A DNA stretch of 31,761 nt from Pseudomonadota bacterium. GTDB lineage: Bacteria; Pseudomonadota; Alphaproteobacteria; UBA1280; UBA12223. This document shows, in pieces, positions 17,025-27,147 of this stretch. The stretch lies in contig PTJW01000001.1 in assembly GCA_002937495.1 (NCBI GenBank), positions 1 to 31,761 on the forward strand, written 5' to 3'. Positions within the stretch are counted from its first letter, which is position 1, and each line of letters starts with the position of its first letter. The translations under genes and the position numbers were made by a program. The notes beneath the pieces were generated by a model, which ran no database searches, had not been told where the DNA came from, and saw nothing but the letters and a program-made list of their open reading frames with translations.

Positions 17025-18479
17025 CTATGATCTAATTTCTTGAATTTTACATGAAACCTGCCTTGCTCCTTCTGAAGCCTGCTCCATTCTTTCTGAAATA
17101 TCATTTGTTGCACTTCTTTGTTCTGTCATTGACACTACAAGAATTTGAGTAACTTCATTAATTGCATTAATTTGTTTACCAATATTTTTAATAGCTTTTA
17201 CTGAGTTATCACTATTTGATTGAATCATTCCTACTTGTGAATTAATTTCACTAGTAGCTGTTGAAGTTTGCTGAGCTAGTTTTTTAACTTCTTCTGCTAC
17301 AACTGCAAAACCCCTTCCTTCTTCACCTGCTCTTGCAGCTTCAATTGATGCATTAAGAGCTAGCAAGTTTGTTTTTTCTGCAATCTCTTGAATTAATTTT
17401 ACAACTTCTCCAATTTTTTCCGCTCTTGAATTTAACTCGTGAATTGTAGAGTTACCTTTCTCAGCCTCTTCTTGCGCTAGCATTGTCATGTTACTTGTTT
17501 CATCTACTTTAGTACCAATATCTTCTAATGTTGATGACAACTCTGCTGCTGCTGTTGAAATTCCTCCAATATGCTCCTCTACAACTGTTGATGCATTAGC
17601 TACATCTGTTGTAATTTGATAAATCTTACTTCTATTTTCTTCTTCAAGTCTTAATTTTTCACTTTCTGCTTCTGATTCTAAACGCATTCTTTCAATTGTG
17701 TTGGCTTTAAATACTTCTACGCATTTAGCCATCATACCAATTTCATCTTTTCTCTCAGTATCAATTTCAACATCAACATTACCATCTGCTAATATTGTCA
17801 TATTATTTGTTAGTTTTTTTAATGATTTATTAAAATCTACCATAATTAAAATAAATAAAAATAATACAATTACAAATACTGGAGCAATATGTATAACACT
17901 TTGCTGTATAAGATCATTTTCTTTAGCATAAATTTTATCTAAATAAATACCTGATGCAATAATAATATCTAATGGAGCATAATATTTAAAATAAGCTGCT
18001 TTATTTGTAACTTCTGTTGAATTTGGTTTTTTGTATGAATACTCAACTAAACCTTCACCTTTAATTTTTGAGATTTCTGTCATCTCTTTAATATAAGCAC
18101 GTCCCTGGCTATCTTTTTTACCAATTCTATTTGTGCCTTCTAGTTTTTGATTTATAGCATTTTTTAATACTGTACCATTAGAGTTATATAAGAACATATA
18201 GCCTAAATCACCATTATATCTCATTGAGCTAATTTCACTGTAGAATAAATTTCTTATATATTCTTCAGATAAATTTCTTATTTTCATTTTTTCATCAAGA
18301 TCTTTTAACCTAGAATGTGCCGCCTCTACAACTGAAATTGATCTATTGATTTCACCTTGTTTAAAAGTTTTAATTTCATCAATTAATAAAATTGCATTAG
18401 ATGCCAGCATAGAAGTAAGCATAATAAACAATAGAATTAATAACTTAGCCTTAATTGAAATAAGTCTGAAAATAGTCAT
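17025..18479 (-). CDS. Methyl-accepting chemotaxis protein 2 (sCache_2)
   Basis: Same architecture as MCP-1; start is probably ATG 18479 (the AAGGTG SD overlaps the track's GTG at 18488). Confidence 0.95.
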   Translation of the reverse strand: MTIFRLISIKAKLLILLFIMLTSMLASNAILLIDEIKTFKQGEINRSISVVEAAHSRLKDLDEKMKIRNLSEEYIRNLFYSEISSMRYNGDLGYMFLYNSNGTVLKNAINQKLEGTNRIGKKDSQGRAYIKEMTEISKIKGEGLVEYSYKKPNSTEVTNKAAYFKYYAPLDIIIASGIYLDKIYAKENDLIQQSVIHIAPVFVIVLFLFILIMVDFNKSLKKLTNNMTILADGNVDVEIDTERKDEIGMMAKCVEVFKANTIERMRLESEAESEKLRLEEENRSKIYQITTDVANASTVVEEHIGGISTAAAELSSTLEDIGTKVDETSNMTMLAQEEAEKGNSTIHELNSRAEKIGEVVKLIQEIAEKTNLLALNASIEAARAGEEGRGFAVVAEEVKKLAQQTSTATSEINSQVGMIQSNSDNSVKAIKNIGKQINAINEVTQILVVSMTEQRSATNDISERMEQASEGARQVSCKIQEIRS

Positions 18480-18560
18480 AATATACACCTTTTTATTTTT
18501 ATTTAATCCGCATTTTTTGATTGTAGTTATATTTAATAGATAAAAAATATAACATTTTAT

Positions 18561-18589
18561 ATATTACAATATATTCATATAAAATGCAA
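18561..18589 (-). promoter_or_regulatory. MCP-2 promoter
   Basis: TTGCAT, 17 nt, TAATAT; shares AGCTATTGCAT context with the MCP-1 promoter. Confidence 0.55.
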
Positions 18590-18617
18590 TAGCTTATATG
18601 AGTCAATATAATAAAGT

Positions 18618-18645
18618 AAAGGACCCTAAATAATTAGGGTCCTTT
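18618..18645. terminator. Terminator of MCP-3
   Basis: AAAGGACCCTAA-ataa-TTAGGGTCCTTT. Confidence 0.82.
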
Positions 18646-18660
18646 ATATTAAATTAAAAT

Positions 18661-20121
18661 CTATGATCTAATTTCTTTAATTTTGTATGAAACTTCTTTA
18701 GCACCATCTGCTGCCTGAGCCATTCTCTCTGAAATATCATTTGTTGCAGTTCTTTGTTCTGTCATTGATACTACAAGATGTTGAGTAAACTCATTAATAG
18801 AATTAATTTGCTTAGCAATGTTTTCAATTGCAGTTACTGAATCATCACTGTTTGATTGAATCATATTAACTTGTGAGTAAATATCACTTGTTGCTGCTGA
18901 TGTTTGTAAAGCTAACTTCTTAACTTCTTCGGCTACAACTGCAAAACCTCTTCCTTCTTCACCTGCTCTTGCTGCCTCTATTGATGCGTTAAGTGCTAAT
19001 AGATTTGTTTTTTCTGCAATTTCTTGAATTAGCTTAACTACTTCTCCAATTTTAACTGCACTTGCATTTAATTCTTGAATTGTAGAGTTTCCTTTTTCTG
19101 CTTCTTCTTGAGCTAGCATTGTCATATTGCTTGTTTCATCTACCTTGGCACCAATATCCTCTAATGTTGATGATAACTCTGATGCAGCTGTTGAAATACC
19201 TGTAATATGCTCTTCTACAATATTTGAGCTTGATGCAACATCTGTTGTAATTTGGTGAATTTTAGCTCTATTTTCCTCTTCCATTCTTTGTTTATCAGCT
19301 TCTTGCTCACTTTCAAGACGGATTCGTTCTATTGTATTTTCTTTAAAGATTTCTACACATTGTGCCATTTCACCAACTTCATCTTTTCTTGTTAAATCAA
19401 TATCAACAGAAACATTATTATCAGCTAATTCAATCATATCTTTTTTAAGTTTTTTAAGAGCATTGTTAAAGTCAATAAATACTAAAATAAAGAATACTAG
19501 TACAAATAAAGCTACAATGCTTAATTCAACCATAATCTGTTGCTTAATTACTGCTTCTTGTTTACTAATATCATCCATGTAAACACCAGTACCAACAATT
19601 AAGTCAAATGGAGCAAAGTATTTTACATAAGCCATTTTATCTACAATTTCCATTGAAGGTGGTTTCTTATATGCATAATCAACATAGCCACCGCCTTCGT
19701 TTACTGCAACTCTTGTAATTTCACGAGCCATGTATTTACCGTTTGGATCTTGCCAATCCCAGTCATTAGTCCCATTAATAGATGCATCAGGCGGGAAAAG
19801 AACATTATCGCCAGCTTTATTCATTAAGAAAATATAACCTGTTCCATTATCATACCACATTGAATTAATTTCACTATAGTATAAGTTTCTTACATATTCT
19901 TCAGATAAACCTCTTTCGTTCATTTTCTTATGTAGGTCTTCAAGCCTTGTATAAGCAACATCAACGATTGACTTAATTTTATCTAGCTTACCTTCTTCTA
20001 ATACTTTAAGATTTCCATTCATATGAGAAACGCTAAGACCAAACATGATGCTAAGCATTAAAATTATTAGAAAAATAAGCTTTGTTCTGATTGTAATAAA
20101 TTTTAGAAAATTCATTTTCAT
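18661..20121 (-). CDS. Methyl-accepting chemotaxis protein 3 (sCache_2)
   Basis: Same architecture; AAGGAG SD. Confidence 0.95.
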   Translation of the reverse strand: MKMNFLKFITIRTKLIFLIILMLSIMFGLSVSHMNGNLKVLEEGKLDKIKSIVDVAYTRLEDLHKKMNERGLSEEYVRNLYYSEINSMWYDNGTGYIFLMNKAGDNVLFPPDASINGTNDWDWQDPNGKYMAREITRVAVNEGGGYVDYAYKKPPSMEIVDKMAYVKYFAPFDLIVGTGVYMDDISKQEAVIKQQIMVELSIVALFVLVFFILVFIDFNNALKKLKKDMIELADNNVSVDIDLTRKDEVGEMAQCVEIFKENTIERIRLESEQEADKQRMEEENRAKIHQITTDVASSSNIVEEHITGISTAASELSSTLEDIGAKVDETSNMTMLAQEEAEKGNSTIQELNASAVKIGEVVKLIQEIAEKTNLLALNASIEAARAGEEGRGFAVVAEEVKKLALQTSAATSDIYSQVNMIQSNSDDSVTAIENIAKQINSINEFTQHLVVSMTEQRTATNDISERMAQAADGAKEVSYKIKEIRS

Positions 20122-20162
20122 AACTCCTTATTTATTATTTTTATTATGATTGTATAATTAAA

Positions 20163-20191
20163 ACCTTACCAGAGAACTCAAGTTTTTACAA
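20163..20191 (-). promoter_or_regulatory. MCP-3 promoter
   Basis: TTGTAA, 17 nt ending TTCTCTGg, TAAGGT. Confidence 0.45.
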
Positions 20192-20226
20192 TGATTTTTT
20201 TAATGACTATAATCATTTTTTACAAT

Positions 20227-20258
20227 AAAAAAAACAACACCACCAAGGGTGTTGTTTT
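20227..20258. terminator. Terminator of MCP-4
   Basis: AAAACAACACC-accaag-GGTGTTGTTTT. Confidence 0.8.
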
Positions 20259-20283
20259 CTTATATTTTTACTACTATTTTAAA

Positions 20284-21738
20284 CTAATCTCTAATTTCAT
20301 TAATTCTTACAGAAACTGCCTTAGCACCGTCTGCTGCCTGAGCCATTCTTTCTGAAATATCATTTGTTGCAGTTCTTTGCTCTGTCATTGATACTACAAG
20401 GTGTTGAGTAAACTCGTTAATTGAGTTAATTTGTTTACCAATATTTTCAATTGAAGTTACTGAGTTATCACTATTTGCTTGAATCATATTAACTTGTGAG
20501 TAAATATCGCTTGTTGCTGCTGATGTTTGAAGAGCTAACTTTTTAACTTCTTCAGCTACAACTGCAAAACCTCTTCCTTCTTCACCTGCTCTTGCTGCCT
20601 CAATAGATGCATTAAGCGCTAGTAAGTTTGTTTTTTCTGCAATTTCTTGAATTAACTTAACTACTTCTCCAATTTTAATTGCACTTACATTTAACTCTTG
20701 AATTGTTGCATTACCTTTTTCTGCTTCTTCTTGAGCTAGCATTGTCATATTGCTTGTTTCATCTACTTTAGAACCAATATCTTCTAATGTTGATGATAAT
20801 TCTGATGCAGCTGTTGAAATACCTGAGATATGCTCTTCTACTAAGCTAGAGCTTGAAGCAACATCTGTTGTAATTTCATGAATTTTAGCTTGGCTTTCTG
20901 CTTCAATTCTTTGTTTTTCTGCTTCAGCTTCTTGCTCTAAACGCATTCTTTCAATAGTATTGAACTTAAATACATTAACACATTCTGCCATTTCACCGAT
21001 TTCATCTTTTCTTGTCAGGTCAAGTTCTACTGATGTATCGTTGTTAGCTAAATCAACCATGTTTGTTTTAATGCGTTTTAAAGCATTGTTAAAGTCAATA
21101 AAAATTAAGAAGAATAATGCTAAAACAAAAGCAGATAATATTAAAATTTTTAAAATAATTAAATCAGTCATTTCCTTTTTTTGTAAATCAACATCATCCA
21201 TATAAACACCTGATCCTAAAACTAAATCGAATGGTTCAAAATATTTAATAAATGCCATTTTTCTTGCTGGCTCTGTAATACCTGGCTTAGCATAGTGGTA
21301 AAATGTTAAACCTTCGCCTTTTGTTTTCGCAATAGAAACCATATCTCTAACGATATATTTACCTGTTACATCAACATCATCCCATTCACTGATACCTTCA
21401 ATTGATGGATCTGTTGGCTGTAGCATATTAATACCTTTACTATCATAGGCAAAAACATAACCTTTACCATCATCATACCACATTGAGTGCATTTCACTTT
21501 TAAATAAGTTTCTTACATACTCTTCAGATAATCCCCTTGTATCCATTTTTTGCTTAAGATCCACTAATCTTGTATACGCCATATCAACAGCAGATTCTAT
21601 TTTTTCTATTTTACCATTCTCAAGGTGCTTGAAATTCTCTTGTAATGCAGAAATGCTGAAACCTACAAAAATTACAAGAATTAAAGAAATTAGACAAATC
21701 AATTTTGTTCTAATTTTAATATATTTTAAGACATTCAC
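20284..21738 (-). CDS. Methyl-accepting chemotaxis protein 4 (sCache_2)
   Basis: Same architecture; GTG start with GAGG SD; closest in sequence to MCP-3. Confidence 0.95.
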   Translation of the reverse strand: MNVLKYIKIRTKLICLISLILVIFVGFSISALQENFKHLENGKIEKIESAVDMAYTRLVDLKQKMDTRGLSEEYVRNLFKSEMHSMWYDDGKGYVFAYDSKGINMLQPTDPSIEGISEWDDVDVTGKYIVRDMVSIAKTKGEGLTFYHYAKPGITEPARKMAFIKYFEPFDLVLGSGVYMDDVDLQKKEMTDLIILKILILSAFVLALFFLIFIDFNNALKRIKTNMVDLANNDTSVELDLTRKDEIGEMAECVNVFKFNTIERMRLEQEAEAEKQRIEAESQAKIHEITTDVASSSSLVEEHISGISTAASELSSTLEDIGSKVDETSNMTMLAQEEAEKGNATIQELNVSAIKIGEVVKLIQEIAEKTNLLALNASIEAARAGEEGRGFAVVAEEVKKLALQTSAATSDIYSQVNMIQANSDNSVTSIENIGKQINSINEFTQHLVVSMTEQRTATNDISERMAQAADGAKAVSVRINEIRD

Positions 21739-21781
21739 TTTAATAACCTCTTTTTTTTTATTATTATTTATACATTTATAA

Positions 21782-21810
21782 AATGTAACAGAGAATACAT
21801 ATTATTTCAA
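21782..21810 (-). promoter_or_regulatory. MCP-4 promoter
   Basis: TTGAAA, 17 nt ending TTCTCTGt, TACATT. Confidence 0.55.
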
Positions 21811-21976
21811 TAATTTTTTATTTTCTTAAATTAAAATTTAAAATATTTGTTAAAACTTACAACCGCATAGGGTTTTTCTCATTTTTAGAGTCAAAAAAAT
21901 CAACTTATAGTGTAGACAAAAAAAATAGTACTATTCAAAAAACAATACTATTTTTTTATTTTATTTTCTAAAAATA

Positions 21977-22639
21977 CTATTTGTTAACCAAGCTATGCAT
22001 AATATCAATAGTTTGAAATACCTGACCTTTTCTAAATATTGCAGAACCCATAACAAATACATCAGCACCTAAACTTGCTAATAATTGAATATTATTTGGA
22101 TTAACTCCTCCATCAACACTAATAGTAAAGTTTAAGTTATTTTCTTCTCTGTACTTAACAATCTTCTTTAATCTATCAATTGACTCAGTTAAAAACTCTT
22201 GTCCATCAAAACCTGCTTGTACAGACATTAACTGAACATGATCAACACAATCAAAATATTCTGCAACATCTTCAATTTTTGTAGTTGGATTAAATGTTAT
22301 ACCTGATTTTTTACCATAAGATCTAATTTTTTGTAATGTAGTTCTTAAATGATCACAAGCCTCATAATGAATTGAGATTTGATCTGCACCAGAATTTGCA
22401 ATTTGCTCTAATAATCTAGATGGATTTTTTACCATCATATGAACATCAAAGAATAAATCTGACTTTGCCCTAATATTAGATATAACCTTAGCACCAAACG
22501 ATAAGTTAGGCACAAAGTGTCCGTCCATAACATCTAAATGAAGCCACGCAGCTTTAGATGAATTAATTTGATTCATAAAATCTTCTAAGTTATTAAAATT
22601 AGCTGAGATTAGTGATGGTGCAATAATTTTTTCGCTCAT
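21977..22639 (-). CDS. rpe: Ribulose-phosphate 3-epimerase family protein
   Basis: IAPSLISANF, HLDVMDGHFVPNLSFG, DVHMMV, SIHYE, VDGGVN, GSAIF. Confidence 0.9.
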   Translation of the reverse strand: MSEKIIAPSLISANFNNLEDFMNQINSSKAAWLHLDVMDGHFVPNLSFGAKVISNIRAKSDLFFDVHMMVKNPSRLLEQIANSGADQISIHYEACDHLRTTLQKIRSYGKKSGITFNPTTKIEDVAEYFDCVDHVQLMSVQAGFDGQEFLTESIDRLKKIVKYREENNLNFTISVDGGVNPNNIQLLASLGADVFVMGSAIFRKGQVFQTIDIMHSLVNK

Positions 22640-22725
22640 ATGTAAAATCCTTTTTATTTTAATAAATCATTATATTTATTTGATCTATAAACATATATAT
22701 ATATCAGTATAAATTTTTTATTGAC

Positions 22726-24060
22726 CTATCGCAAGTTCCTATTTTTTTGAATTAGCGCCATAAAGAAGCCGTCAATATTTTCAGTTGGGAAAGTCCTTAA
22801 GAAACCTTCTTTTGTAATTTTACCAAACTCGTGGTAAACATCTTCAATATTGATAATTGTTGCCTTGTCGTTGTTTTTTAGAAATTCATTTACTTGGTGT
22901 TCACCTTCATCTTTTAATAATGAACATGTTGAATACATCATAACACCACCCGGCTTTAATAAATTAAATGCCTTTGGTAAAATTTGTTTTTGTAATTCTA
23001 CTACTGATTTAACCTCTTCTGGTGTTCTTAGGTGTAAAACATCAATGTGCTTTCTGCTAATACCTAAGCCAGAGCATGGTGCATCTAGTAAAATATAATC
23101 AAAAGATTGTTCTTTAAAGTCTGGTTTTGTTGCATCATTTAATACAATGTTAAGCCTAGCTTGATCATCTGGACATGCATTTTGTAAGTTTGACTCTAAA
23201 GTTTTTAATCTATTAGCGTTATTATCACAAGCTGTAATATTGGCATATGGTAGCATATCAACTAACTGAATAGTTTTACCTCCTGGTGCTGCACACATAT
23301 CTAATACATCAAGTTTATCTTCTAACTTGCCGTCTTGTTCAATTTTTGCTGCTAATGTGTAACCTACTAGTTGAGACGCAATATCTTGAACATATACGCT
23401 AAACTCTTCTAGCTTTGGAATTGTATTTACATCTACACCTTGCTTAAGCTCCCATGCACCTGTTAAAGGTTTTACCATAAATGCATTCTTTTTAAGGAAT
23501 TCTTGTGCAGGGCGTGCTCTTAAACGAACATACACCTTACCTTGTTTTAGCATTGCAGATTTAATAGATGCTGCTTTTTGTGGGTAGTCTCTTGTTAGTA
23601 CTTCATCTAACCATGCAGGAACTTGATACATCAATTCGTCGTTTTCTTCTAAAAAGTCAAATGCTTTTTCTTGAGCTGTTCTTAATACTGCATTAATTAC
23701 TTTAAATGATGACTTTGCTCTAATCTTAGCAAGCTCTACAGTTGTATGAATACATGCAAACTCTTCTACAGAATCCATAAAGAATAACTGAGCTAAACCA
23801 ATTCTTAAAATTTGTCTTTCAATACTGTTTGGTTTAAATGGCTTATCCATGTACTGGCAAATAACAGCATCAATTGCTGCAGTGTGTCTTAATACAAAGT
23901 TAAGTAATGCAAAGCTAAACTTTTTATCTTGTGCTGATAAGTCTTTACTTTTTGCATCAAAGCTTGTATCTAAAGCTTGTTTTTGTTTAAAAATGTCTAG
24001 TAGTACATCTAGAGCTACTAATCTTGCCTGTAAAATTTGTTTGTTTGTTTTAGAATTCAT
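22726..24060 (-). CDS. rsmB: 16S rRNA m5C967 methyltransferase RsmB/Sun (NusB-like N-terminus)
   Basis: AR..A...L, LRIGLAQL, VQDIASQ, DMCAAPGGKT, LLDAPCSGLG, YSTCSL, DGFF; start ATG 24060 overlaps the lolA end. Confidence 0.92.
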   Translation of the reverse strand: MNSKTNKQILQARLVALDVLLDIFKQKQALDTSFDAKSKDLSAQDKKFSFALLNFVLRHTAAIDAVICQYMDKPFKPNSIERQILRIGLAQLFFMDSVEEFACIHTTVELAKIRAKSSFKVINAVLRTAQEKAFDFLEENDELMYQVPAWLDEVLTRDYPQKAASIKSAMLKQGKVYVRLRARPAQEFLKKNAFMVKPLTGAWELKQGVDVNTIPKLEEFSVYVQDIASQLVGYTLAAKIEQDGKLEDKLDVLDMCAAPGGKTIQLVDMLPYANITACDNNANRLKTLESNLQNACPDDQARLNIVLNDATKPDFKEQSFDYILLDAPCSGLGISRKHIDVLHLRTPEEVKSVVELQKQILPKAFNLLKPGGVMMYSTCSLLKDEGEHQVNEFLKNNDKATIINIEDVYHEFGKITKEGFLRTFPTENIDGFFMALIQKNRNLR

Positions 24061-24652
24061 CTTCAATATCTACTTTAAATATATCGTTATTAATTGTTGC
24101 GTTTGAGTCGTGGCCAAATAAGCTTACCACTACCATTTGATCTAATTGGTTTTGTGAGATAATTTTCATTAAGCTTAAATTAGCTCCACCAGTTTTTCTA
24201 AATATTAGCGTTACAGGAACTTCATTATCATCTACTGTAGCTACTAAGTCTAAGTTTACTCTTCTATTTGTTTGAGTTAAGTTTTGTAGTTTTAAATATT
24301 TTGTATTAAAGCTTACATCTTCTTTACTTAAAATCGAGAATAATATACCAGTATTTGGAACTTGTGTTACCTGATCAGTCTCTTCATCTACAAAATAAAC
24401 TAAACCACCATTTGAAACAATTTTAACCGGAGTTGGTACTTTATACTTCCATAAAAACTTACCTGGCTTTTTAATGTATAATTTACCTTTAGAAAATTCT
24501 TCGCCTGGTACTATTTGCTCAAAGTCTGCAGAAAAGCTTTTCAAGCTACTCATATAGTCTTCAACTTCTTTTAATGTAAACTGTTTATCTGATATTGCTT
24601 GAGCATTTACACTAAGCATAATAGCAAATAATGACAATACTAATTTTTTCAT
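24050..24652 (-). CDS. lolA: Outer-membrane lipoprotein carrier LolA
   Basis: Signal peptide; SFSADFEQ, GKLYIKKPGKFLWKY, IVSNG, DQVTQ. Confidence 0.9.
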   Translation of the reverse strand: MKKLVLSLFAIMLSVNAQAISDKQFTLKEVEDYMSSLKSFSADFEQIVPGEEFSKGKLYIKKPGKFLWKYKVPTPVKIVSNGGLVYFVDEETDQVTQVPNTGILFSILSKEDVSFNTKYLKLQNLTQTNRRVNLDLVATVDDNEVPVTLIFRKTGGANLSLMKIISQNQLDQMVVVSLFGHDSNATINNDIFKVDIEDEF

Positions 24653-24737
24653 TAAATACCTTCATATTTTTTAATTAACTGATTTGCAAAAAAGTATACC
24701 TTTTTTACCTAAAAATGGCAACTTATTATTTATAATC

Positions 24738-24766
24738 TTGAAACAAAGTAAAGAAAGTGGCATACT
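24738..24766 (+). promoter_or_regulatory. Promoter of the 75-aa orphan
   Basis: TTGAAA, 17 nt, CATACT preceded by TGG. Confidence 0.5.
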
Positions 24767-24799
24767 AAGTATACATTTTCTTAATATTTAAGGCTTAAT

Positions 24800-25027
24800 A
24801 TGAGCAACCCTATAAACTTAGACTCTGTCGCACTGCAAGGCTGTGCACTAAATCGCTTTCATGCTTTAGTAAATGAAGTTGAAAAGCTTGAAAAAGAAAT
24901 TAACCAAAATATTCAAATTAATTCATTCATCCTTGATTCTGGCGAATTATTAATTGAAGCTGAGTATAAAGGATTTTCAAAAAAAATCACCATTCCTAAA
25001 GACTTTTGGTATAACTGCAGTTCTTAA
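24800..25027 (+). CDS. Small hypothetical protein, 75 aa
   Basis: ORF with promoter-like upstream element and a downstream hairpin; no family recognised. Confidence 0.55.
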   Translation: MSNPINLDSVALQGCALNRFHALVNEVEKLEKEINQNIQINSFILDSGELLIEAEYKGFSKKITIPKDFWYNCSS

Positions 25028-25098
25028 TAAACTAGTGATTTAAACTAAAAGGTAGATGAAGTGTCCTTTCTTTTAATTTAAAACTCTAACGACATTTT

Positions 25099-25125
25099 AA
25101 AGGCTGACTATTCGGCCTTTTCTTT
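25099..25125 (+). terminator. Probable terminator of the small-ORF transcript
   Basis: AAAGGCTGA-ctat-TCGGCCTTT followed by TCTTT. Confidence 0.6.
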
Positions 25126-25148
25126 ATAACACAAACCACCAGTATTAC

Positions 25149-25177
25149 TTGATAGTAAGTAAAGCAGTTACTATAAT
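25149..25177 (+). promoter_or_regulatory. Near-consensus sigma70 promoter of the 203-aa orphan
   Basis: TTGATA, 17 nt, TATAAT; AAGGAAG SD at about 25200. Confidence 0.7.
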
Positions 25178-25210
25178 TACTTTACATTTATTACTTAATA
25201 AGGAAGTTTT

Positions 25211-25822
25211 ATGAAATATGCGTCAATTTTTGGAGAAATTCTGCTGATCATTCGACCAGCAAACAAACTAGAAATTACAGAACTAGCTGAGGGATGTGCT
25301 ATTGCTGTGATTGACGAAGAAAACAACATTACAGTAAAACCCGAGTTATCAGATTTAACCGAGCAAGCTGCACAAGTTTGCCAGAGTGCATTATCTGATA
25401 TTTCTAAAGGATTTGCAATTTATGAAAGTTTATCCACTCGTAACGGCTTATACGAACTTACAATTCCAGAAGCTCGCTGGCACAGAACTGTGTTACACCA
25501 AGGCTTATTTACAGATGATAAAGAAACAATGATTCATCTATTTAAAGCTGGAGCTCGCTGCGAAAACATGGTTCGACTAGAACAAACTTTAGAAGAAGGT
25601 GAACTTTTTATTGAAAACCCTTACTCTGAAGAAGCCGAAAAGTACGCGGAGAATTTACTAGAAAACCACTTTGGTGCGCCAGAAGGTAATTTAGAAAAAG
25701 CCGGGCAACAGTGTTTTATCTCTCTTAGTACGAAAACAAAATTTGAAGGACGACCAAGCCGAATTTTTGTTGAATCAATTCTTAATATGAAGCATCGCCT
25801 ACTAGCTGGCGAACCTGCTTAA
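25211..25822 (+). CDS. Hypothetical protein, 203 aa, acidic
   Basis: ORF with own promoter, SD and terminator; no family recognised. Confidence 0.75.
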   Translation: MKYASIFGEILLIIRPANKLEITELAEGCAIAVIDEENNITVKPELSDLTEQAAQVCQSALSDISKGFAIYESLSTRNGLYELTIPEARWHRTVLHQGLFTDDKETMIHLFKAGARCENMVRLEQTLEEGELFIENPYSEEAEKYAENLLENHFGAPEGNLEKAGQQCFISLSTKTKFEGRPSRIFVESILNMKHRLLAGEPA

Positions 25823-25836
25823 GCAACGACTAAAAC

Positions 25837-25867
25837 AAAAAAGCCTGCAAACATGCAGGCTTTTTTA
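25837..25867. terminator. Bidirectional terminator between the orphan and obgE
   Basis: AAAAAAGCCTGCA-aaca-TGCAGGCTTTTTTT. Confidence 0.88.
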
Positions 25868-25884
25868 TTATTTAAATATATTGT

Positions 25885-27018
<1,134 letters not shown>

Positions 27019-27064
27019 TTATATACTAAACTGTTTAGTATGTCTGTTAAAACTTCGTAGTTAA

Positions 27065-27139
27065 TTTATACATTAAATACAGTATTTTTGCAAGAATTTT
27101 AATTTTATGGTTGCTTTTTAAGGCCAATAATAATAAATT
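27065..27139. promoter_or_regulatory. Divergent promoters for obgE (-) and the heparinase-like gene (+)
   Basis: Minus: TTGCAA 27093-27088, 17 nt, TATAAA 27070-27065. Plus: TTGCTT 27111-27116, 17 nt, TAAATT 27134-27139. Confidence 0.55.
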
Positions 27140-27147
27140 ATATAATT

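Noticed and set aside
15405-21738. Repeated ~40-nt sequences as a CRISPR array or mobile repeat
   Set aside because: They are conserved coding segments of paralogous MCP genes spaced about 1.6 kb apart; no cas genes
21918-21957. Inverted repeat downstream of rpe as a firm terminator
   Set aside because: The stem is almost all A-T with a long loop; plausible but too weak to list
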